A stretch of DNA of 64,000 nucleotides from NCBI RefSeq assembly GCF_009914755.1, contig NC_060928.1; one strand, 5' to 3'. Shown in pieces: positions 1 through 12,603 of the stretch (its first letter is position 1; the number at the start of each line of letters is the position of its first letter). Origin of the DNA: the human T2T-CHM13v2.0 reference genome, Homo sapiens. The position numbers and the translations under genes were made by a program. Under the pieces are notes generated by a model. It ran no database searches. It saw only the letters and a program-made list of their open reading frames with translations, and had not been told where the DNA came from.

Positions 1-164
1 AGAAATAAAGACATTGCAAATTATATTTGCTAGCCAGTCTTTTCAAATATAATCTGTGATAGACATTAAAGAAAATTCAGATATATTCCATGTCCATAAA
101 TTTTAAAAGCATTTACAATTACTTAAGTTCTGGTTTCCAACAATTAGAAAATGGGTCCACGGTT

Positions 165-687
<523 letters not shown>

Positions 688-703
688 TTAGTATTATATA
701 GTA

Positions 704-2156
704 CAGTCATGCATTGCTTAACCCACTTATGCCAGAGGTTGCCATTTTTAAAATTTTTGCATGAGTGAAAAATCAGACCTTGGTGATGACCTTGAGCAGT
801 AGGATATAAATAACTTCCACATGCCTAGTGTTCACTAGGCATAAGTGGGTTTTAATGACAGGGATATGTGCTGGGAAATGCATCATTAGACAACTTTGTC
901 ATTGTGTGAACATTGTAGAATGTCCTTACACAAACCTAGGTGGTATAGCCTACTATACTTCTAGGTTATATGGTATAACCTATTGCTCCTGGCTACAAAC
1001 CTGCACAGCATGTTACTGTGCTGAATACTGTAGGCAATTATAACACAATGGTAAGTATTTCCCTATCTAAAAATAGAAAAGGTACAGTAGATAAACAAAA
1101 TAAAAGATTAAAAATGTTCTACCTGTATAGCATACTTACCATGTAGCTTGCAGGACTGGAGGTTGCTCTGGGAGAGTCAGTGAGTGAGTGGTGAGAGAAT
1201 GTGAAAGCCTAGGACGTTATTATACACTACAGTAGACTTTATAAACACTGTACACTTAGGCTATGTTACATTTGTTTAAATTTTCCTTTAATTTTTTTAA
1301 ATCTTCCTTCTGCAATAATAAATTAACTTTAGCTTACTGTAACTCTTTGACTTTATAAGCTTTTACATTTATTTTAACTTTTGACTCTTTTGTAATAACA
1401 CAAGTTAAGATGCAAACACATTGCACAGGTGCATTAAAAATTGTTTTTCTTCATATCCTTGTTCTATAAACTTTTTTCTGCTTTTAATTTTTTAAATTTA
1501 TTATTTGTTTTTACTTTTTAAGGTTTTTTTTTTTTTTTTTTTTGGCTAAAAACAAAGGCCTAAGCATGTACATTAGCCTAGGCCTACACAAGGTCAGAAT
1601 AATCAATATCACTGTCTTCCTCCTCCACATATTGTCCCACTGGAAGGTATTCAGGAGCAATAACATATGGAGTTGTCATATCCTAAGAAAACAATGCCTT
1701 ATTCTGCAATACCTCCTGAAGGACCTGCCTGAGGCTCCTTGATAATTAACTGTTTTTTAATAAGTAAAAGAGTACACTCTAAAATAGTGATAAAAAGTAT
1801 CACTTTTATAATACTTGATAATGATAATAAGTGACTGTTACTGATTTATGTATTTACTATACATAGTAAATGTATTTACCGTACATAAACCAGTAACATA
1901 GTCATTTATTATCATTATCAAGTATTATGTACCCTACATAATTGTATGTGCTGTGCTTTTATATGATTGGCACCTTAGTAGGTTTATTTACACCAGCATC
2001 GCCACAAACATCTGAGTAATACATTGCACCATGAAGTTAGAACAGCTATAGCATCACTAGGTGACAGGAATTTTTTAGCTCCATTATAATCTTATGGGAC
2101 CATGTCATATATGCAGTCCATTTTTAACCAAAATGTCATTATGTAGCATGTGACTG
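704..2156 (-). mobile_element. Tigger3b-like TcMar DNA transposon
   Basis: Termini cagtcatgcattgcttaa... and ...attatgtagcatgtgactg, each flanked by TA (702-703, 2157-2158); internal acacaaacctaggtggtatagcctac typical of the Tigger3 family. Confidence 0.85.
722..849 (-). mobile_element. MER85 piggyBac MITE
   Basis: Perfect 12-bp TIRs CCCACTTATGCC / GGCATAAGTGGG; TTAA on the left (718-721) and TTTTAA on the right; internal gaccttggtgatgaccttgagcagtaggatataaataac matches MER85. Confidence 0.9.
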
Positions 2157-2811
2157 TATATGCATTATATTACCTTGCTAAAATCCAAAAGGGACAAAAA
2201 AATCTAAATTTTGAAACACATCTGGTCCCAAAGTTTTGACTAAGGGATCCTGGGCATGTGCAAACATCTACAAAGTACTTTTGCTATTGGAACATTTTGA
2301 CACTAAATGCTGTATGTGTGTCCTCTACTATACCCATAATATATATTGAAATTATATATGAATTCATTGGAATATTAAAAGCAAACCTCTTAAAATACTT
2401 TCAGTTTTCACATTTTGACAACTGGCAATCTTGAATGGTCAAAAATGAATTATCTGTGTTATACCATTTGGGCCTTGTTTGCTTGTTTTTGCCTCTGGTT
2501 CTTACATTTATCATTAAAATCTCCACTGTAGAAAGCAGTTGGGTGAAGCAAGGAGGAAATTGAAAGTCAATCCATATGGATGTTGCTTAGCAGCTTTTGT
2601 AAAGTACAATAACAAATCTCCCTCACAAATGAGAGAAACTAAAAGGACTTGTTAAATAAAACTCCAAACTTAAGTCTGCTTCTAGGAATTGTATTTATTT
2701 ATCGTTTCAAGTATATCTTTTCATACTGACTATGAGTAAAGCAAAGCAATAGATTGTTTGAAAGTCTATAGTTTATGATGAGCTTTGTCTTTTCTTTTCT
2801 TCTTACTTCAG

Positions 2812-2903
2812 GCTTTGAGTTACACAGGTAGCCACATGAAAGTCCACTTACCCAGTTTAGTAGAGAATGAAATCCTGAAAGAGGATGGATCAATAATTAA
2901 AAG
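2812..2903 (+). CDS. ANK2: ANK2 alternative (cassette) penultimate coding exon, ALSYTGSHMKVHLPSLVENEILKEDGSIIK(R)
   Basis: Long polypyrimidine tract and cag acceptor (AG 2810-2811); open phase-0 frame; donor AAAAG|GTTTGG leaves phase 2, which joins the G at 6179 into the 60-codon frame of the terminal exon. Confidence 0.8.
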
Positions 2904-3337
2904 GTTTGGGTTAGCATGGGGTGATGCTTTGCCAACTAACACCATAAAAATTTTTCCAATTTTAAGAAAAGAAGGGGAGAATCCCTACATCTACCCTAAA
3001 GAGGATAGAAAACTGCCTACTCTCCTGTATTATAATACTTTGGTCAAGTAATGGATCTATTGAAGTATCATCCCTGAAGTATCCTCTTGATACTTCAAAC
3101 ATAATACTAAGTCATAGCAAGAATGAGACTCACGCTTACACAGTCTGACTCCCTGGGTTTTAGCAAGCCATCAACTTAGTTGAAGCCAGCCTGATGGTAT
3201 TACATTGTGTCGATAGATTCAGAGAGCATAGGAAGAAGAATCTAATCGATGGATCACAGATTAATTTTGTGACCAGCTATATTCAGCTCAATCTTAGTAA
3301 ATCATTACTTTGAATGGTATGTGCTTTCTTTTAACAG

Positions 3338-3356
3338 CTGCTTTATGATTCTGCAT
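3338..3356 (+). CDS. ANK2: Candidate 19-nt ANK2 microexon
   Basis: Acceptor gtgctttcttttaacag and donor CAT|GTGAGT; 92+19=111 nt restores the canonical frame with no stop. Confidence 0.35.
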
Positions 3357-4699
3357 GTGAGTGGCCAATAACATAAGCATGAGTTTGATATCCATGAAAC
3401 AAATATACCTAGCGATGCTGAAACCTGGGGCTTTAATGAGTTAAGCAAGTGTCATGAAAGCAGTAAGCAGCACATTTTTACGCTTATACAAGGGGGCTGA
3501 CTGTGAGGCACACTGGTCTGCCCAGGTCTCTGTTATGGATTTGATGTATAAACTTGGGCACTGTTCCACAGATCTACTCTGGCTTCTCACTGGTCCTCTA
3601 ACAGCACTGTAAGTATTGAGATTAATAAAATGTGCTCAGCTTCTCGGTGAAAAGACACAATGGAAATCCAAGTTACAATTGTGCTTCTCACTTCATTGAA
3701 AAGGGAGAAAGATTGTCATTCAGAGTATGCTACAGAACTATTTTAAGCCTTTAGAACATAATAATTAGAACAGCAAAATTAAAGGTTCTGTCACAATTCC
3801 ACCCACCAATCAAATGGGAAAAGAGCAGCAGCTAGGAATTTAAAAGAGTGTAATTGCTCTCTCAGAACTTAAAAAATGCTACATGAATTAAGGATAAAAT
3901 GCCTTTTATACTCTCAACTTTTAAGTCTTTTATTCAATTATTCAGATGAAACCACATAATCCACGCATGCACTAACATCATGGGCTCTTCAAACAGGAAT
4001 AGATTTAGAGATCAATTAATCCAAAGTTCTCAATTACAGCTGGTGAATTTGAAGCCAGGAATATAGACAACTCCATAGAGTTTCCACAGCTAGTTAGTTA
4101 TGGAAGCTAGTTAGTTACAGAACTCTATTTATGATGTACAACATTTATTTTATACATTGTTAAAGATATCATATACATGTGCATATTCAGAAACACATTG
4201 GCCTACATTTGCCTACACAGAATATCACGAAATGTCCTATAATGGAGGCTTAACCCCTGGCATCAATGCTATAAAGGCTTCTACTAGCTTTTAGCAGAAA
4301 TAGTCAGAAAAGTGCCTTTTTGAAGAAAAAAAAAATGGCTGCCGCGTATTTAGGAAAACATCAGATTTCAATCATTGGAATCAAATTTGACCTTTTCATC
4401 AGCAAGAACAAATTTAAGTTTGCTTCCAGATGCAGAACAATTCATATAGTATTAAAGGAAAAAGGGGAGTAGAAGAACATAAGGGAAGAAGGAAGAAGGA
4501 AACAAGGATGTCCAAAAAAAAGCTGAAAGTATTTTAGCTGAAGTAAGTTATTTTTAAAAATCAGGATGATCGTAACAAATGCATAGAGGTATTGGATGAT
4601 GGCAGAACTTCCAACTTCTGAACAATGAAAACATAAGGAAAATGCTGGGTAAAGCTACAAAAACTGATCATTTCCTATGGCGGTTTTAAGTGTAGATGC

Positions 4700-4875
4700 A
4701 TAGTGTATGGTTATGGACTCAGGCTCTGGAATCTTTGACTCTTGGTCCCACTGTGTGCTAATTCTGTTATTTTTTGTTTGGACTATTGCTTAAATTCTCG
4801 GAGATTCAATTTCTTTATTTGTTATACTAGTGTCTGGCCCATACAACACATTCGTCAAATACTTGTGGAATGAGG
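4700..4875 (+). mobile_element. MIR fragment followed by L2 3' end fragment
   Basis: ggactcaggctctggaatc...tcaatttctttatttg (MIR core-like); agtgtctggcccata...aaatacttgtggaatga (L2 tail-like). Confidence 0.5.
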
Positions 4876-4904
4876 ACCCGCATTTGGAAGTGTATAGTGA
4901 AAAA

Positions 4905-4990
4905 GGCTGCTCTGCCTATGGAGTAGCCATTTTTTATTCCTTTGCTTTCCTAATAAACTTGCTTTTACTTTACTCTAAAAAAAAAAAGAA
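4905..4990 (+). mobile_element. Polyadenylated ERV LTR R-region fragment (LTR10/HERV-I-like), retroposed
   Basis: ctgctctgcctatggagtagccatt...aataaacttgcttttactttactct followed directly by polyA; direct repeat TATAGTGAAAA at 4893-4903 and 4996-5006. Confidence 0.7.
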
Positions 4991-5100
4991 GAATATATAG
5001 TGAAAAGAATTGAGAATGAGCAAATTACTTTTAAGTACAGTTACAGGAAAATATTAGTATGACTTAAAATTAATATGACTATACAAAAGTTATAGCTCCT

Positions 5101-5713
<613 letters not shown>

Positions 5714-6178
5714 TCAGGGTATGACTGTAAGGTTTAAGCTGGCAGCCAAGGTGTTTCAAATAAATTAAAAAAAGGTTTTTTTAGCCTGTCAAAAGGTACT
5801 TGTGGTACTATTTCAGAATTAACCAAACTCTATTAAGTAAGGGCTACTTAATCAAACCATGAATGATTTTATGGTTAGTTTTTGAGAAGATCAAATTAAA
5901 GCATGGTTTCATTTATTTTAAATTTTTCTTAAAGATTTAAAAAATACTCCTTGTTCCAAAACACATTTTAAAAAAATCTCATGAATCGTTTGAGAGAGGG
6001 GAGCCATGTTTAAAAGAAAGACACAAAAAGATGTCTATAGTTTGTTATGCTAATAGTTTGCTGTGGAAACATCTAAAGGTAAGACATTAGGTACTCAGTG
6101 TAATGGTCACCTTCATTCCTAACAGCTGCCCTCTGGCAGTGAAAAGAGCGTAATTCTCTCTTGTCTGCTTTTCTCCAG

Positions 6179-6193
6179 GACAACAATGAGTAA
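6179..6193 (+). CDS. ANK2: ANK2 terminal exon, canonical frame (DNNE*)
   Basis: Acceptor ctctcttgtctgcttttctccag|GAC AAC AAT GAG TAA; DNNE* is the recalled end of canonical ankyrin-B; followed by a long repeat-free UTR. Confidence 0.85.
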   Translation, partial: DNNE

Positions 6194-6362
6194 AGCCATC
6201 ACACAGAAGAGGGCTGTGGTGAAGGACCAGCATGGAAAACGCATTGACTTGGAGCACCTGGAGGATGTACCAGAAGCACTAGACCAGGACGACCTCCAGC
6301 GCGATCTCCAGCAGCTCCTTCGGCATTTCTGCAAGGAGGACTTGAAGCAAGAGGCCAAGTGA
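6179..6362 (+). CDS. ANK2: ANK2 terminal exon, alternative frame (TTMSKAITQKRAVVKDQHGKRIDLEHLEDVPEALDQDDLQRDLQQLLRHFCKEDLKQEAK*)
   Basis: 60 uninterrupted codons from 6180 to TGA at 6360-6362; GC-rich, coding-like third positions against AT-rich flanks; phase matches exon 2812-2903. Confidence 0.8.
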
Positions 6363-8460
6363 GGGGCTGCCCAGTTCTCACACCAGAAACCACACATTCA
6401 CTCAATATGCAGCTTCCTGTTTCAGTAGGGGAGTGACCTAACTGGCCTAATTAATGGGATACCCCGACATTTCCACTGTTAGCAAATATACGGCATTTTG
6501 CTTTAGTTTTCCCCCATCCTCTTTAACTATAAAGCTAATTTGTGACCAAAGATGGCATCCTTCATACTGGATGCTGTATCCAATACTTTGTTGTGTCTGT
6601 GCTAACCTGGGAACTGGCCACCTCCATTGTTCTTTGCTTCTGCACAAGATCCATGAAAATCCATTGATCAGAAGAACTTCACCTGCAGACCTCTTCAAGT
6701 GACACTATGTAGGAATCCTTCCAAGGAATATCTATGTACAATGTATATAGCTGAAATGCTCAGATGAACAACATATTAAAATTAAAACCACTGCCTATTG
6801 TAACTACACTGGGCATCAGAATAAAAGGCCTCTAGAAATTGCTGAACAATGGTTAATTAAGATATTGCTAACACAATCGAGTGATAATACAGTTTTACTG
6901 CAAAAGAAGCACTTCAAACCTATTATGTCCTTAGAACTTCCAGAGTAGCCACTGCTCCCAGTTAAAGGTGGGTCAGTAGCCTTGCAGAACTGTCCTGAGA
7001 AGTTATTGCTGGTGCTGGCCAGCCATGGCTTAGGACTCCAACAGCCACTCTGAGGGAGGGGAGAAGGGAGCAGAGGCCACGCAGAATGAACCGATGGGGT
7101 ATTCAGTTGCTGGCAGCTACATTGTGTGGCATTCTAGCATCTTCAGGTCTTTAGATCTTGGACAAGTTGGCAGGGTATTTTAAAAGCTATAACTACTGTA
7201 GTTTTCCAGTTTTCATTGCTGCTTTAGCAAACCACGCTGTCTTACAGTGGTACTTTCTTCTGGCCACTGCACTGTAGATAATTCATTGGAAACAAGATTT
7301 ACCCACTACATAAAAGGTTAAACTCCTTCAGTATGTTGGAGTGGTTTCTTTTTTTTTTTCTTTCTTTCTTTTTTTTCTTCAGGTTTATATCTTCTCTAAT
7401 ACCTGCATGTGGCGTTTAAAAATCAAGACCACGGTCAAACCCCTCTTCTAATCACATTAATTGTTTCCATTCTTTTTACCCTGAGTGAGCACTTTTCACT
7501 TTCCAGCTAGGTCTGTTTTTCAGCTTGCAGACAAGATTGAGAAATCCTTGAAAATTTGGTTTTGGTTAAAATTTTTGGTTTATTTATTTGAAATCCACAC
7601 TCCCTTGGAAACTCTTAAGTGCATTTGTGCACTTCTGTTTGTTTGTCTCAAAGAAGGGACTGTAACAATCTGAGTAATTTCCATGTCCTCTTCCTTATTC
7701 CTCTAGTGGTTGAAGCTGTGTAGCATTTTAACATATATATATTCACAAATATATTCATATAAACAGTATACATTTTGAATCAGTCATTTGTTAAAGAAAA
7801 GTATATTCAATGAAGATGAAATTTAAATAAAAAAGGACAGAGTCTATCCTCCAGGGATTGAACATTTTCCAATTATCTGGTCTTTTCCTGTTGTGCAAAA
7901 ATGACTCATTGCTCCGAATGTCAAAAACAAATGCGACAAACAATGGCACTTCATCATTTAAAGTAATGTTGCCAAGAGAAAAAATTTCCTGGGAGGGAGG
8001 TTTCCCACAAGCCAAATCTCCTAAGCCTCAAATGCTAGCACTTTTTGGCAGTTGGATAGGAAATGAGACATTCTTTGGCAGCCAAAATAAGAGAGGCCGA
8101 TGGTGAAACTTTTTGAGACACCCTATGGCCTTCTTGTCAAAACCTTCACTGGAGCTCAAGAAAAGCATTTCTGTTGTGTTATTTGCAGTGCAGATGATGT
8201 CTGTGTAACAACATAATGGTTATTCACCTTTTTTTGATTTTGATTTTTGCTGTGTTATCAAAAACTTGAATACTGTGAGAAGAAGTGAATTTTCAGTTGA
8301 CGAATCAGCATCTTGTTCCCATGGTGATAACACTAATTGAATATATCTATGAGGGCATGTATTAGTTAATGGAAAAAAAAATACAACACTAACAATACAT
8401 AGCTGCAATGTGTACAATGGCTGATTTAATTAAATAAAATGTACAAGTGTTAAATGTGGC
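6194..8460 (+). other. ANK2: ANK2 3' UTR
   Basis: Transposon-free ~2.3 kb between the stop and the distal polyA signal, with U-rich tracts and UGUA motifs. Confidence 0.8.
6775..6825 (+). terminator. Candidate proximal polyA signals (ATTAAA 6775 and 6781, AATAAA 6820)
   Basis: Hexamer cluster preceded by TGTA motifs at ~6735-6745. Confidence 0.4.
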
Positions 8461-8480
8461 AACGGTGATTTGTTCTTCTT
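8433..8480 (+). terminator. Distal (main) polyadenylation site
   Basis: AATAAA 8433-8438, upstream TGTA (8411), CA at 8460-8461, downstream GU/U-rich gtgatttgttcttcttt; repeats resume shortly after. Confidence 0.8.
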
Positions 8481-10667
8481 TATCATGAATCTGTGATTTC
8501 AGGAGAATAAGAGGTTTTAAAAAGTTGAGCTAGACTTGAAACCAACAGAAAGACACAAATTGCTTTTTTTCTTATGGTTTTTATTTAGTCGCTGAATATG
8601 CTATATGCCTGGCACTGGATTAAGCACTGGGATAAATAGATTTTGCCTCTGCCCTCAAGAAATTCTTATTGTTCTTGTTATGCAAAAGAAGAAAATGAGG
8701 ATTTTTGTTTTGGATCACTACTAAATGAAAGAAAATAGGAATTTGGGGACTTGCAGGGGATGAGAAAGGGTAAGTGGGATTGGCAGCACAGCAAGACTGG
8801 TTTGGTTCTCTCCCATGAGGCCATGGCTGTCACTAAATACTTTCTGTCTTTGGGAACAGCAGTTGGCTCTGGAGTTTTCTTTCTGTCTTAGAGCCTGAGA
8901 ATTTAAAATTAAATGGATATATTAATATAAATAAAGACAGGGTAGGACTATGGAAAATCAAAATCAGTTGTGTGTGGAGAGTTTTGTTTCATTTTTTGAA
9001 AAATCCCTTTACTGTTGCTTTAATATTTTTTACAGTAAAAACAAAACAAAAAAGACATGATTTAGAAATTGAGTAGGTTTTATTTAAATCTTATCTGGTA
9101 TGAGACAGGAAGCTCACTGGATCTGATTTCTATCCTTGGTTGATTTACAGGTCTTCTGAACTTAAAATACCAATTATGCTTGACATTTTTCAAAGAAAAC
9201 AGTTAAAAATAATTCCAAAGTAGGAGTGTCTGTGTGATCATCTCTCTCCTTCTCATTTGTTTAATGTGCTGTACTTTCTACTTACAGGAACTCTGGGCTT
9301 GTGTTACTTTGGGTTTGATTAAGGAAATCAAAGCATCAGAGAAGATTCAATGTCTTCTCATGTTTAATTATTTGCTGTGCAAAACCCATTTTTGTAAAAG
9401 AACTTCAGTGAGTCATATGCCGTTTTACAGAAGTATATTTAAAGGTAGGGTGGGGGAAACTTCCAGACTGAGAGAAGATTATGCACCACTCATAAATCAT
9501 TTGTATTAGTCATGAAGAGGTGAAAGTGACATATAAGCACTCGGAAACAGGCTTGAATTGAATTTGAAATTAGTTTGCTCGTGGAGTCACTTGATTTCTG
9601 TAAGCATGGAGAGTCTGGGTGTGGGCAAGTAGTCAGGCAAATGAATAAATCAGATAAAGAGAAGTTAAACGTAGGTCTAGTGAGAACCAAAATCACTACG
9701 AGGTTCTCCTGAATAACAGAATAAAAATGAACTGCTTGCTTTCATCATGCTCTAAAAGAAAATATTTCAAAGTCTATGTCTTTGGTTGCCACCTCTGCTT
9801 AAAAACTATATGCTCCTTCCTTCATTTAAGGTATCATTTCTCTTTCTAATCTAATTGAAGCTAGAATTACAATCATAGACTGAATCACCAAAGTAAGAAA
9901 ATCTTTTAGATATCTGTGCGGTGGGGATGGAGGGGGCGATGTCCTGAACACAAATTAAAATACTCCTATTGGGTTATACTCAGGCCTTCTGGGAAAAACA
10001 AAAGTACTCCCTGGCTTTAAATTAGTTCCACAGTATGAAGTAAATAGTGCATATGGATAGACTTTGGATGGAGCTATTATCTATGGTAAACAGAGACATT
10101 TGGCAGTGGCACATGTAATATTTCAAGAGATGTCTTCAGTCACTGGAGACATTCAGTTGTTCAGTTCATGGAATGTTTCCATGAGGCAATGTGACAAATT
10201 GGTAAGTGTGTTATCTTACAGTAAGACCTGGATTGGAATCAGTCCAGCTCTGTCTAGCCCCCTTCCATGACTTTGTAAAGGTTTATCGACTGGATGACAA
10301 TTTCCTCATCAGTAAAATAGGAGACACTGCTACTAGCCTTGGATGCATCTCACTGCTCCAGGCAGGGAAGGTCAGCCAGCCCTGGCCTGTCTGTCACTCC
10401 TTAGTGTAGAAGAGCCCCTGTTGTGCAAGTATCCTTGATGTCCGTTCATTGTGGATCCCTGTTTGTGACCCTCTGCCTCTTTGTGTAGGAGTCAGCCTCG
10501 GGGTAGGTGTTAAAGGCATTAGCTTACCCCTGTAGGTTAGAAAATACAGTTAAATCTTTTCCTATTATAATGAGAATCACAGGGATGTTGTCAGTTAAGC
10601 CCTTCGATTCACTTCCCATTTGGAGGAAGGACTCTTCAGGATCTCTTTCTGTTTCTTCAGTGGGCCC

Positions 10668-11113
10668 TGTATTAGTCAGGGTTCTCTAGAAGGACAGAAC
10701 TAATAGGATAGATATGTATACGGGGAGTTTATTAAGGAGTATTAAATCACATGATCTCAAGGTCCCACTATAGGCTGTCTGCAAGCTGAGGAGGAAGGAA
10801 GCCAGTCCGAGTCCCAAAGCTGAAGAACTTAGAGTCCAATGTTTGAGGGCAGGAAGCATCCAGTGTGGGAGAAAGATGTAGTCTGGGAGGCTAAGCCAGT
10901 CTAGTCTTTTCACATTTTTCTGTCTGCTTTATATTCTGGCCATGCTGGCAGCTGGATTAGATGGTGCCCATCCAGATTGAGGGTGTCCCTGCCTTTCCCA
11001 GCCCACAGACTCTAATGTTAATCTCCTTTGTCAACACTCTCACAGACACACCCAAGATCAATACTTTGCATCCTTCAATCCAATAAAGTTGACACTCATT
11101 ATCAACCATCACA
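10668..11113 (-). mobile_element. MLT2A1/A2 (HERV-L) solo LTR
   Basis: TG...CA ends (tgtattagtcagggttctc...aaccatcaca); perfect 5-bp TSD GGCCC at 10663-10667 and 11114-11118. Confidence 0.9.
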
Positions 11114-11653
11114 GGCCCTTATAACTCGGTTCTGGTTTCCATTCCTTTTTCTTCCCCCACACTCTCTATTTTGAGGTGTTCTTTTTTTCTTACCTGTCAA
11201 AACTGACTACAGAATTGGAGAGAGTCACTCAAACTCCCCTACTGAATGGCTATGCCCCCATTAGCAGCAGGTCCTCCACAGCTGCTACAGAGCATTGTGG
11301 GCAGGGTCTGGGCTTGACTGGAGGTGGCTATGGACACCTCAGCTGCCTTTATGATGTGCAGAAAAAACTGAATCATGATATCCACAAAAAATACACATAC
11401 GCATTGTGCCAGTTTTTCCTGGCTGTTGATCAGAACTCAGACCTCGTCTAGGCTGTGCTACAGAACTCACATGGCACTGGTACAGCAGCAACTTCTGGAT
11501 GAAAGGTGCCTTGTGTGAATTTTTCAAGTGACTCACAGATAGGTGATACCTTGGAGCCTTAGAGAACGACCATAGCATACCCTTTCTCCTCAAAGAGTCA
11601 GGGAGATAATTTAGAGTCTATTGTTCTAACAATCCAATTTGTGTTCAGATTAA

Positions 11654-12067
11654 TGTAGTAGTTTCCTAGGGCTGCCATAACAAAATAGCATGAACCAGAT
11701 GATTTAATCAACAGAAAGTCATTTTCTCACAGTCCTGGAAGCTAAAAGTCTAAGACTGAAATATGGGCAAGATTTTTTTTTCCTGAGGTCACTCTCTTTG
11801 GCTTGCAGACCACCACCTTCTCGCTGTCCTCACATGGACTTTCCTGTCTGTGTGCCCACATCCCTTATGTCTCTGTGTATGTCCAATTTTCTGCATTTTG
11901 TAAGGATGCCAATCATATTGAATTACAGCCAACCTTAATGGCCTCATTTAACTTAATCACCTTTTTGAAGACCCCTATCTCCAGATGCAGTCACATTCTG
12001 AAGTAGTGGGTGTTAGGGGCTTTGACATGAATTTGGAGGAGGAGAGGACACAATTCATCCCCTAACA
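11654..12067 (-). mobile_element. MaLR solo LTR (MLT1A/B or MSTD-like)
   Basis: tgtagtagtttcctagggctgccataacaaa...ggacacaattcatcccctaaca. Confidence 0.8.
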
Positions 12068-12182
12068 ATTGGGCTTAATCCAAAAAACAAAGCCCTCTAG
12101 GTATTTTAAGAAGGAAGGGATCTAATGCAGGGGATTAGAAACTCACACCAGTGTCAGGAGTGCCACAACAAATGAAGGCAGG

Positions 12183-12603
12183 TGTAAACCAAAAACGATC
12201 TGAGACAGGTCGCAATCAGTTTAGAAATTTATTTTGCCAAAATTGAGGACATGCCTGGGAGATAGGTCTGTGCCTTCTTCGAAAATAATTTTGAGGGCTT
12301 CAGTATTGAACGGGGAAAAGCAGGCTGGAGGAGGAAAAGGAAGGGTATGATCACACTACTAAATTCACATGCTGCAAGGGAAAAGGAGCAGGTAGGGGAA
12401 TACTCAATTATGTATTCGTTTGGCACTCAGTAAATTGGCGCTTTACATAGAGTAGCTACCCGTGGGGATTTTTAACCTTTTATTGTAGCTATCTGCTTAG
12501 AAACAAAAGGAAAGTCAGTGTCTTGCTTGACTCAGCTTTCAGCTTAATTTTTTCCTTGTGGCATAGTGCATTGGGGGTCCCAAGCTTTTATTTTCCTTTC
12601 ACA
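12183..12603 (-). mobile_element. MER4-family ERV1 solo LTR
   Basis: Minus strand reads tgtgaaaggaaaataaaagcttgggacccc...tctcagatcgtttttggtttaca. Confidence 0.8.

Noticed and set aside
2785-3051. 88-aa ORF as a standalone gene
   Set aside because: Starts at a TTG inside a polypyrimidine tract; only 2812-2903 has exon boundaries, the rest is read-through into intron
4089-4118. 13-bp direct repeat AGCTAGTTAGTTA
   Set aside because: Small slippage duplication in a MIR-like remnant; no further structure
6119-6405. Minus-strand ORFs over the terminal exon
   Set aside because: Antisense shadows of the GC-rich coding segment; no splice or promoter support
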